64,000 bases of DNA from positions 35,402,001-35,466,000 of the forward strand of contig OX597826.1 in assembly GCA_951406725.2 (NCBI GenBank), in the 5' to 3' direction. Both the position numbers and the translations under genes were made by a program. The notes under the pieces are model-generated. The model had not been told where the DNA came from. It saw only the letters and a list, made by a program, of their open reading frames with translations, and did not search any database. Numbering within the stretch: the first letter of the stretch is position 1; each line of letters begins with the position of its first letter. The DNA comes from Octopus vulgaris. Lineage: Eukaryota. This document shows, piece after piece, positions 53,261 to 64,000 of the stretch.

Positions 53261-54765
53261 CATCTTGCAGAGAATATGTGCGCACTAGAAAACTGTGGGA
53301 AAATATGATGCATCGTGAAGCAAGGAAATGGAAAGTCAGTCCTGGAAGTTGCTAATAATGAGGCATCAGTCTTCTGGACCGACTGAGACTGAAAATTTTC
53401 AACACGCCATGAACGATAAACTGATAGATTTAGTAAAGCTCTGGAAAGAAGACGGAATGAATTCCGTGTTGATTGGCGGGGTAAAGTGTACAATTTTAAA
53501 GAATATCTAAATAATATCCTTTGGGTAAAATTTCACACCAATTGTTTATCAACTGCTAAAATTCCTCAGCTGAGACTGGTCTTACATTGGCCAACAGTGA
53601 GCATGCTCACAGGCACATTCATAAGTTCCTGTTTTGGTCCGTAGTGATTGAAGAGTAATTGAGTGATGTCATGGGGTACTCTGACCACCAATTACATAAC
53701 ATCTGGTCATCCTTTGGAGGTGTGATTTCTTAAATTTTAAACCTTTTTTAATACGTTATACCAAGATATTACCCTAATAATTTGTTTATTTGTTTGTATA
53801 AGCTCTTTTGGACAGTTAAAAAAAAGCATCAGCAAGACAGTATAATAAATAAAAGACTAGTAACAAATTATAGTCAAGCATAGTAGATTCGTAGAGCATT
53901 AAACAAACTTCTTTGCAGTACATCTGTCAATTTATATTCTGAGTTCAATTTCCTCTAAGATCAAATATGCTTCTATAAAGCAGAGGAAAGTAGAATCCGA
54001 GGAAAGCAATGATATATTTTATTGGCAAAATGCAATGCAATTAGGATGTTCATTTATTTATTTTTGTCTGAAGAAAGTCAAATGTACGAAACGTTCGTTT
54101 TATTTTCTTCTCAAAATTAAAAAAAATCTATTTCACTGCTTAAATAACTGAATAGTATAGCTTGACATAAACTAGATGTAAGATATGGGATTATCACGGC
54201 TGAAACTCTGAAAAAAAATTGGCTGGTTTTTAGTTACAAGGGTCATGTGACTAGATAAGAATGTGTCATTGTACTAATGAAAGATTTGAGAGTGCCATAT
54301 CGTTATTACATAACGTCTTTTTTTAAATGATATTATCAGCTCTGATGAAACTCACCTTTACTCAAAAGGGTTATCCCCACAGTGTGACATATTGGATCAA
54401 CTCATTGATCAATAGATCAACACATTGGAAACACTGGAGGTGTTTCCAATATAAATATGCATGTAAAAAGTGAGGTTCTGATGAAACATGTTTACGTTGT
54501 ACATGACTGATGGTAAAGTGTTGTGAATAACATTGTGTTATTTGCATTAGAGTATTACTTAAATCTGCGCAGACTGCCTTCCAAGGTACATTCAACCACG
54601 TTTTTAATGTTTTAAACAACATATAGATGTATATATTAATTTAATTCTTATATGCATTTCTTTTCTTATATACACATATACCTCCATGAAAATAGTTCAA
54701 ATGAACATTTATTAAAATTATGTATCAATATCTAACTCTATTCTCTCTTTTTCTCTCTCTCCTCC

Positions 54766-54826
<61 letters not shown>

Positions 54827-56129
54827 ACCCGTGGGTGTTGAGTGGGAAAATATTTGTTCTTATGCAAGACAAGGTTGTTTTAGCTTGCTTCTGTAGTAGA
54901 GCTCTTCTTTCATTCTGAAGTTGAAGATTTCTTCCTGGTAATTATGTTGAAGAGATTGGATCAAGTATATTGGAAGCAACAAGACATTTAAAGGAAATAT
55001 ATAAAACCGAGATATGTCAGCTTTACTATGAGCAAACACACTGGAAAAGAAATTGAAAACTTTATGCTTCTTTTTTTTAACTTTTATTCCGTTTTTATGG
55101 TAAACAGCTTTTGGCCAAATATCTAGAATTAACTCAATGCCAAATGCATGAAGTTTTAAATAAGTGCACATATTTCATATTCATAGAATATTCGTAGGAA
55201 GTGGAAACGAAGAACCTTCTGAGAACGTCTTTGGAATTGAATAATTTCTGTCATTTTATTATATTACTTTAAATTCTACATCCCAAATGTAAAATATATT
55301 TTATATATATTTATTCATCGTGAAGTTATAAGAAAATTGAAAACTCTTAAAAATTGTTTAGGCATTTTTTTCTTCCTCTCATTTCTTTCTTTATATGTTT
55401 TTCCATTTCAAAATTCAGTTAGCTGTGTGGTTACACAGTCTCTCCATCTATGCACTGGTCATATATATATATATAAAAATGGTCATTCCTAAGTAACTTT
55501 AAATAAATCCAGACCAATGTATTCAGTAAGTAGGTTTTGTATCAGCTTATAAGTTGATTGATTATATATGGTAAAGATGAAATATATGGGAGTTTAACGC
55601 TTCGGATTGTGGTACTTTGTCAAGCATAGAAAAGGGAAAGTAGAAATATAGAAGTCTTATTAAGAGCTATTAAATAATATTCTTCAACGTTGCTTGATTT
55701 TCTCTCATTATTCAGATTTTAGATATGTCGCATCTTCGCTTGTCATTACTGTGTTGGAGTTTATCAGTTGTAGTAGCGCTTGCTACATTTTTTTGAGGCA
55801 ATTTGTTTGTGTTCAAATCTCGCTGAGGTCATCTTTGTCTTTCATCTATTCAGGAACAATAGATTGCTGGAATTGTTAGAGGGACAATGCAATTCTTTGC
55901 AATTTCTATATCAGCCCTGTGAGGTTTGAGTTCAAGTCTCCTAGTTGCTGATGGTTGTGGCTTGTTCACCGTACCCTAGGAGCACTCAATCTCCAAATAA
56001 TGATTGTGGATAGAGAGTCCTACATTGAACGTAGATAAGGCAAAAAAAAACATGCTCAAACTTTCAAGCAATACTGGTTGAAGCATCCTGAAACAATATC
56101 AAAGAAATTATAATATTCTATCTTCCGTA

Positions 56130-56690
56130 TTTCAGTCTTTAGCCTACGACCATACTAGGGCACCGACTTTATTCAAGCGAATCAACCCCAATGCACTTTT
56201 GTAAAGCCTGGTACTTATTCTACCGATTCCTTTGGCTGAACCGCTAGATTAAGGGGAATTAAAAACACGAACACCAGTTGTCAACGGGAGATAGGGACAA
56301 ACGCAGACACACACACACACATGCGTGCACACAGACACACACATATATATCTTCTATATTTTACTTGTTTCAGTTATTTGATATTGGCCATGCTATAGCA
56401 CCGCTTTAAATGACTTTTAGTCATACAAATTGACCGTAGGACTTACTTCTTAAGCCTAATACTTATGCTATCTGGCTCTTTTGCCAAACCATTAAGTTAC
56501 GAGAACAAAAATATTCCAACACTGATGGTCAAACGACGGCGCAGAACAAGTATAGATAAAGACACACACACAAACACACAGACATATATAAGACAGGCTC
56601 CTTTCAGTTTCCATCTAATAAATTAACTCACAAGGCTTTAGTGGGCCTGAAGCTATAGCAGTTAACACTTTCTTAAGGTATCACGCTGCC
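56130..56690 (-). mobile_element. Two tandem diverged SINE family A copies
   Basis: Family A 3' ends (ttcagt...ccat.ctag/atag.gcacc) at ~56131 and ~56368. Confidence 0.8.
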
Positions 56691-56834
56691 AATCCGACGC
56701 CTATTTTTCACACCTGCGCAGACATCCTGAAACTTACTCTTTTACGCTTTACGTCCAAACACCATCGATAATAATATTGATTTCTCATCTTTCTACAGGT
56801 CAATTACATAAGCACCATTCATATGTTGCTATCA

Positions 56835-57225
56835 GAAATGGCTGTGTGGTATGAAGCTTGTTTCCCAACCACATGGTTCCAGGTTCAGTCCCACTGCATG
56901 GCACCTTCACTAAGTCTCTTCTACTGTAGCCTCAGGCTGACCAAAGCCTTATGAGTGGATTTCGTAGACGGAACCCGGTAGAAGCCTGTCGTATACACAT
57001 ATATATGTATATATTTGTGTGTGTGTGTGTGTTTTGTCCCTCTACCATCGCTTGACAACCGATGCTGGTGTGTTTATATCACCGTAACTTAGCGGTTCGG
57101 TAAAAGAAACCGATATAATAAATACTAGGTTTACAAAGAATAAGTTCTGGAGGTCGATTTCTTCGACACTAACATCCTTTAAGGCGGTGCTCCAGCATGG
57201 TTGCAGTCAAATGACTGAAACAAAT
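56835..57225 (+). mobile_element. SINE family A
   Basis: tggctgtgtggtatgaagcttg...ggttcagtcccactgc...gtcaaatgactgaaacaa. Confidence 0.9.
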
Positions 57226-57330
57226 AAAAAGATTAGAAGAAAATGAAAAAGCTATACCAATAATTTATATTACATAATTTCTCACTTTATGTATATTTTT
57301 GCTATTATTATTATCATTTGTATTAGAAAT

Positions 57331-58369
57331 TTAGTTAGGGCCAACGTATCGTAGAGGCATAGATGAATAAGTAGTCTGGATGGCCAACTCTAGAACAACC
57401 AATGTAGAACTGTCCATGTGAAAAGCATGACGTTTGAAGGTCCCATCTGACAACTTTCAGCAATTGACCTTGTGCTTTGTTAATTGTCATGGTGAAGCTG
57501 GATTTGAGAGGGAATTGATGTCTCTGCTTACGATAAGGGCAATCTGTTGGGGGTTAGCGGAGTCTTCGGAATAAAAACGGTATCGATTTTGCCGTGTCCC
57601 ATGATAATTTGGGTTTTAATGACGTGGTCCATCATTTGCTTGACCACAAGGTGAGTTCCATTGCATAGTGTGGGTGCATTTAGATTGTGCAGGAGTATGA
57701 AAGGGCAACCGACTTTTAAGTGAAGTTCATGGGGAGGGAATCCTGGAGGATGGTGGGAGTTGAGAAATTCTGTTAGAAGTGTGTAACCTGATCGAGTATA
57801 ATGGTAGCCTACTGAGTAAGTCATAGTTATGAATGGTGATAGTTGCATTTGTAGGTGCAAGAACAGTCCTGTGCTAATGTGCAAATATCGGCAATTTGCA
57901 GTGAATGGGCATTGTAAAAACTGTACAACTATCACAACTTTGTGAATATATATAATATGGATTAATTTTGAAGGCATTTAAAAGATAATTAAAAGCTGAT
58001 TTAAATTACATGGCTACCTCAAAGAAGTGCTAATGTAAAAATATCGGCGATTTGTAGCGAATGGGCATTGTAAAAATTGTAGTAGAAGACTAAGTGAAAG
58101 TAGCATAACTACGTGATCAAGAGTAATGTCCCTTGAATCAATGTCCCTTGGTATTTGCCATTTGCCTATGAGAAGGTGTTTTCGTCCCCTAGGGGCGGTA
58201 TTATTCGTTGTGTGGAAAATTTGAAGAGTCTATGACTATCTCTGGAACATACGTGATGTATGTTCCCAGTATGAACAAAATCGGTTGAAAAATATATGAC
58301 TTTAAATGGGATAAAGTAAATGGCCTCTACGCACACACACACACATCTTCCATTTTATTATATATAAGA
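57331..58369 (-). mobile_element. Non-autonomous Helitron deletion derivative
   Basis: Minus-strand 5' end TCttatatataataaaatggaagatg(tg)n at 58369; PIF1 remnant; degenerate 3' hairpin ctacgatacgttgg followed by CTAA at 57334-57331. Confidence 0.7.
57380..57775 (-). pseudogene. Helitron RepHel PIF1-family helicase C-terminal fragment
   Basis: [44 protein letters not shown]...VFIPKTPL, then after a frameshift/stop RHQFPLKSSFTMTINKAQGQLLKVVRWDLQTSCFSHGQFYIGCSRVG (motifs V and VI). Confidence 0.93.
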
Positions 58370-58907
58370 CTATCGCTTATCTAGCTTCGTGGATGGTGAA
58401 GTCTAGTCAGTTCATAAATTTGAGTAGCACTTATTATATCCATCTCAGAAAGTAGAAAGATGAATTCTTAAGTAGATAATGGTGATGTTTAGAAACAAAA
58501 AAAAATTAAATAAATGGTTTAAAGTCCATATTGGCTCCTAATTCTGCATCTTCTTCGATCTTTAATAATTATTTCTAACACAACCACAATACTTCAAACT
58601 TGGTAGAAAGGCTATTTTACATAAGTATCAAATTGTTGTAGTGTAAATTAAATGTTTCTATAGAGAGAAGTTCGTCGGTGTTTATAACCCGTTGGGAGTA
58701 GTGTGAATATTCTTCTCCTCCTTCTAACATTGACAATAATGTTTTGTTCTTATTGAGACGAGACAATTTAGATTTTTGAATGACAAGAATTATTATGTTG
58801 GCGTTGTGTTTGTAGAAACATTTTGAGCAGAGGTTTTGCGTGAGTGTGCTGTACATATTGGAATTGGTATTTTTTTTACAGAAGAATGATAGTTGCAAAT
58901 TTTGTGC

Positions 58908-58935
58908 CAGCAGCAGCAGCAGCAGTAGTAGTAGT

Positions 58936-59007
<72 letters not shown>
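58908..59007. repeat. (GCA)n-(GTA)n microsatellite
   Basis: Read directly. Confidence 0.95.
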
Positions 59008-59559
59008 CTGTTGTGTATATTGTTGGCTAGACTCTGTAATTGAGCAGATCTACGATCAAGCTTTCCAACTGTGACCACCACTTTAGAGGTTGGTCTCGGA
59101 CTAGATTCATTAACATCGTTTTAATTCACTTGATAAATTTAACAAATTAAGGATAACTGATGGTGATTGTGCTGCTATTTCTAGCTGATCGTGAGATCAT
59201 GTACAGGCGCCCTAAACGCTGTATTTGAATTACTATTTATACTGCTCTGTGTGACTTCTATCGCTTACATTAATTAGTTTCGTATATCTATGTTGCGACA
59301 GTAAATCCCACTTTGACTGACATTTACGTGCTCTCTTCTACAGCCAACAATATATTCTACCATAATACACTGGGATTAATTTATTAGATTATACACACGC
59401 CCTTAAATAATTGACCTTGCTCCCACTCAACAATAACTAATGAAACAAATTATGATCTGAGGGATGACTCTTTGTATTGTAATCACTGCGACAAACATTT
59501 ACGCAAGAGACTTTATGGTCTATTAAATTGATCATCAGTTCTTAGTGTATCGTGTACGA

Positions 59560-59965
59560 CGATCAGCTGCTAGTATCATTAGCACACTGAGCAAAATGCT
59601 AAGAGTTCAAATTCCGCTGAAGACAACTTGGCCTTTCACCCTACTGGGGTCAAAAAAATAAGTACCAGTTCAACATTGGGGTCGATGTAATTGACTTAAC
59701 CCCTCTCCTGAAATTGATGGACTTGTGCTAAAATTTGAAATCAATATTTATTGTATCATATAAGGCAGCGTGTTGGTAGACTCGTTAGCAGACTGGGCAA
59801 AATGCTTAGAGGCATGTCATCTGAGTTCAAATCCCACCGAGATTGACTTTGCTTTTCATCCTTTCGGTGTCGATAAAATAGGTACCAGTTGAGCATTGTG
59901 GTCGATGTAATTGACTTAACCCCTTCCTTTGAAATTGATGGCCTTGTGCCAAAATTTAAGCGAAT
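59560..59965 (+). mobile_element. Two tandem SINE family B monomers
   Basis: gagttcaaat.cc.c.ga...gcctttca.cct...taccagtt...gtcgatgtaattgacttaacccc occurs twice. Confidence 0.85.
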
Positions 59966-60856
59966 ACTTACTATTTTGTAAACAACTGGCTATGGGAAGT
60001 TGCAACATATACTGCTTAAGATGTTAGGACCTTGATCATAGGCCAAGAGTTCAATTTCTGAACTGGGTATAGCATTCTTGAGCAAAACACGTCGTTTCAA
60101 GTTTCTTTGATTTCATCTGATAATACTTGGTACCAACTTAGTGCTGGTGCAGTCCTTACTTCTTCCTGGTACCACGTCCTCGATGTTCGGCAAGGTAGAG
60201 AGTGGATGAGCCAAGAAGTTGTTGAAATCTGCTCACAAGTACATAGGCACATTAAACGACAAGCGTACATCACCCATTTTATGACGTGGGTAGAAAAACT
60301 TTGATTAACAACAATTATTTTATCAACGAATTGGCAATGACTCCCTCTAGGAATGTTTAAAATCTAAATACAACAAGCTATGGGAGATAAGTGCAACAAA
60401 ATTAGTTGGTCGATTAAATAACATCCCTAAAGAATGTGAGCTTCAGGCTTAAAGGGACATAAGTAAATACCTTTTTGTAATTAATAATCCTGGCTCAAAC
60501 ATAAGTTATATGATGACGGGTTGTGAAGTAAAACATGAAATTAATTAAAACAATCGTCGTATATGATGTGGAAGGACCCGTCAAGATTAGTATAACAAAC
60601 GACCCTAGATGAAATGAACTCAAATATTGTTGGAAAGATAATAATAGAAAATATTTTCTGTACTATTTTGTATAGTTGAGTCCATATAATTTTTGACAGG
60701 GCCGAGAATTTGTGACTGAAACAATCAGTGTTTATAGTATATGTGAGAGATGTAAATGTGGATAGAACCTGGTTTTCGTGTCGATTAACTGAATGCTGTA
60801 ATAATGTTGGGCTAGAGATGAAGTAGGTCCACACAAGGGCACCAATAACTATGTTA

Positions 60857-60859
<3 letters not shown>

Positions 60860-60930
<71 letters not shown>

Positions 60931-61063
60931 TGTGTGTGTGTATATAGAGAGAAAGAAAGTGAGGGAAAAAGATATTTTTATATTTGTGTATATGTATATA
61001 TTTGTGTGTGTGTGAATATTTGCATATATCATATATCTGTGTGTATATATGTATATATATCTA

Positions 61064-61125
<62 letters not shown>

Positions 61126-61131
61126 CATATA

Positions 61132-61170
<39 letters not shown>
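60860..61170. repeat. (TA)n/(TG)n compound microsatellite
   Basis: Read directly. Confidence 0.95.
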
Positions 61171-61175
<5 letters not shown>

Positions 61176-61759
61176 ATGCATGTATAAAATGTTCTTAACG
61201 ATGTAAGAATGTTTGTAATATGTAAAATTACATACAGCAAAGCAAGGCATATATTTAAAAGCTTATCTAGACTGTTAAACAATTAAAAGAAAGTATAGTG
61301 AATGTGAAGTTGTAATAAAAATTACTTCAACAGAAAAATTACAATGCCTTCTTCCAAGTGTTAGTAATGCATTATATCTGCACCTAGTCAGTTTAATAAT
61401 TGGTTGTTGCTAAGAAGACAATTCCTTGACATTAAAATAATTATATTCATTCCTCCTAAAATAAAATATATTACAATGCTATTCTATTCAGATGCTGTGA
61501 TGAAGTCTTGCCAACATCAGTCTGAAAGTCTCACAGGGATTTTCATTTCACATAATTCTTCTTCCAGTCGCAGAAATAATGAAAGTCTTACTTTACTATT
61601 ATTTCTCAAGGCCTAACTGTAACTTATCATAGATGGTAATCCTTATCACTAAATCATAAACTGTGACCCAATGAAAGTGAGAGAGAAAGAGAGGGAGAGA
61701 GGGAAAAAGTTATTTGATATACGTATATTTATTCATATACATATATACATATTCATTTA

Positions 61760-61882
61760 ACATTTTGACTCAAGGCCAGCAATTTCAGAGAAGTGTGCAA
61801 GTCGATTTCATTGATCCCAGGGCTCGAATGCTACTTATTTTATGCACCCCAAAAAGATGAAAGGCAAAGTCGACCTCGGTAG
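61760..61882 (-). mobile_element. SINE family B 3' fragment
   Basis: caaggccagcaatttc...gtcgatttcattgatcccag...gatgaaaggcaaagtcgacctcgg. Confidence 0.75.
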
Positions 61883-62799
61883 ACTCACTGTACTTCACAG
61901 TGTTCTTTCCTCAGAAACAATTCCTTCATCGCAGTCTGCCATTCTACTTGTTAGTTACGGCTGGAAATGTTGCCAGTTTTATAAATGTTTTTGTTATAGT
62001 TTTGGGTGGTAGGTTAGAATTCATCTTCCGGTTTAAAACTACCAACTGCTCATTGGTGCCTTAAAGAGGATCCATTCTTTTGATAGCAAATGTGTAAGAA
62101 CCCAAATTAACTTCCCTTCTTTTCTCTCTCCAATCATGAACGTGCCTATAAATGTTTATAGGCATTCTTCTTCATCACTGAAGCACAGACGTCTTCACAC
62201 TAATCGTATTAATGATATTAGAAGGTGGATATCATCATTCAGGAGTAAACGTGGACAAAGATTAGTAATTCTTTATAAAAATCGGGTCATTTAATGTTAA
62301 TTATTCAGTGACGCCATCTGTATATTAAAAGAAGCGTTATACGACTGACGCTAATTTGTTCTTATTTCTCAGGAGAAAAATATTTCAGAGATTCACATGA
62401 ATAACGGGCTTACAGAGGTTGAGTAATTTATCTTGCAATGATTAATTATAATTAATCATTTCAAAGAATTTTCTGCAAAGAAATTATAGCAATTGTCACC
62501 AGCAACTCAGTTTTTCACGATGTCACCTTCATTATTGCAGTGATCTAGATTATTGCTATTATGTTAAACTGTCGTATATCCAAATTTGTCTAAATGTGTT
62601 CTTTTCAATATTTATTTTTGCTTGCAATGGTCAATTCTTTTGGTCAAACTATTGTATCTCTAGCTGCTTCAGATGACAAAACATGAAAAATTATCAAAGT
62701 GTATTACAACGGTTTTGCTATGGAATACTAAGACTATTCTTTCGTCTTCTTAAAAAACAACGTTTTGGATTTACGACACTTTTGCATAATAACAACGAA

Positions 62800-63135
62800 A
62801 TCATTGGCAGCGTGCAATACGAATTTTTTTTGCAATACTCTAAGTTATGGGTTCTGCTTCGCACAGAACTTACTAAACTCAAGTGTGTTGTGGATTATTT
62901 CGGATACAGAACCACGACTGTTTTGTATAATATTTGCCATTTCATCAATAGATGTCCAGCAGAACCATGTTATAAATTTGTTCAATGTTGTCACCAGTAC
63001 AGATGGTGATGAAAGTCTAGGTCGTTCTTCAAACATGACACTTGTTTGAACTCTCGTTATTTCAGGGGTTTTTTATGGGGTTTTTTCCCTAATACAGTAT
63101 TTATCTGTGAAACTGTGTTATTATACTGTGCGCCT
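62800..63135 (-). pseudogene. mariner transposase N-terminal fragment
   Basis: EERPRLSSPSV..T...SIDEMANIIQNSRGSVSEIIHNTLEFSKFCAK matches the second mariner HTH (TI.EIA....S.GSV..IIH..L...K.CARW); AQY.. lies upstream. Confidence 0.7.
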
Positions 63136-63519
63136 AGCTGGATATCATCCATGATACTGAATATGGTCGATAAACGCTGCTATTCTATAGACTAGACTCA
63201 AATCAGAGTCGAACAATGATGATGGTGATAATTGACGTTGCGAATTCGAAGTTACAGTGACAAGAGGAAAACCATGTGTAGCAAGGTGTGGCTAGAGGGG
63301 GGAGCGAAAGAGAGAGAGAGTTGAAGAAAGAGAGATTATGTCTCTTATGATACTAGACTGACTATGGGGAGGCCATGTCTAATGATACGTGGCTAAGCAG
63401 AGACTATGCCTTCTGTAAAACAATAGCAATTGGAGGGTAATAATGCCTAGTGATGTGCATCTAAATAAGTTTTGTGCCAGTAAGAGGAAAATATGTTGCA
63501 GATAATTAAGGAGTGATTC

Positions 63520-63574
63520 CAATATATGTATGTATGTGTATGTATGTATTTATGTACGTATGTATGTATGTATG

Positions 63575-63615
<41 letters not shown>

Positions 63616-63939
63616 GTCAAGATATTTATCTATCTATCTAACTCTCTATCATACACACAGACCCAAATACACACATGCATATTCATATATGTGTGTATTT
63701 GTGTGTGTGTGTATAATCAAATGATCTGAAAAGTAATACAAGAGAAAGGCAGTCAAATTGCTATGTGCGAGTGTGTGTCTGTGTCTGTATACATACACAC
63801 ACACACACAGAGAGACACACGCACACACACACATTCACACACACATATATATTTGGAGAGAGACTGATATAGCTATAGACAGATCCGTGTCTGCATTCAT
63901 ATATATATACACATGCATATGCATCCAAATACATATATA

Positions 63940-63985
<46 letters not shown>
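63520..63985. repeat. (TATG)n/(TATC)n/(CA)n/(TA)n compound microsatellite
   Basis: Read directly. Confidence 0.95.
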
Positions 63986-63990
<5 letters not shown>

Positions 63991-64000
63991 AAATGAAGAA

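Noticed and set aside
60300-60850. Penelope/LINE RT or host CDS in the 195-aa ORF region
   Set aside because: No RT motifs could be read reliably, and the first half of the ORF is microsatellite.
62683-63009. 108-aa plus-strand ORF as a host gene
   Set aside because: It is the antisense shadow of the mariner remnant on the minus strand.

Overview
This is AT-rich, repeat-dominated eukaryotic non-coding DNA. The SINE families and microsatellite load resemble an Octopus/cephalopod intergenic or intronic region; that assignment is from memory of these families, not a search. I found no intact protein-coding gene, rRNA, tRNA or CRISPR array, and nearly all ORFs in the supplied track are microsatellite artefacts. 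The sequence supports: many copies of 4-5 tRNA-derived SINE families (two nested insertions); a composite non-autonomous Helitron (5535-7145); a second Helitron with a PIF1-helicase remnant (57331-58369); a Merlin/IS1595-type transposon with TIRs, an 8-bp TSD and a DDE remnant (41426-42992); and a second GG-ended MITE with internal TTAGGG repeats (44248-45094). It also supports tail-to-tail 3' ends of two RLE retrotransposons (R4/Dong-like and HERO-like) at a (TAA)n/(TTA)n flip, CR1, mariner and Penelope remnants, and several decayed minimal hammerhead ribozymes, including an inverted pair. A few splice-site-bounded exon candidates are reported at low confidence. I do not see evidence for a wholly new biological system; the most interesting items are unusual transposon architectures.
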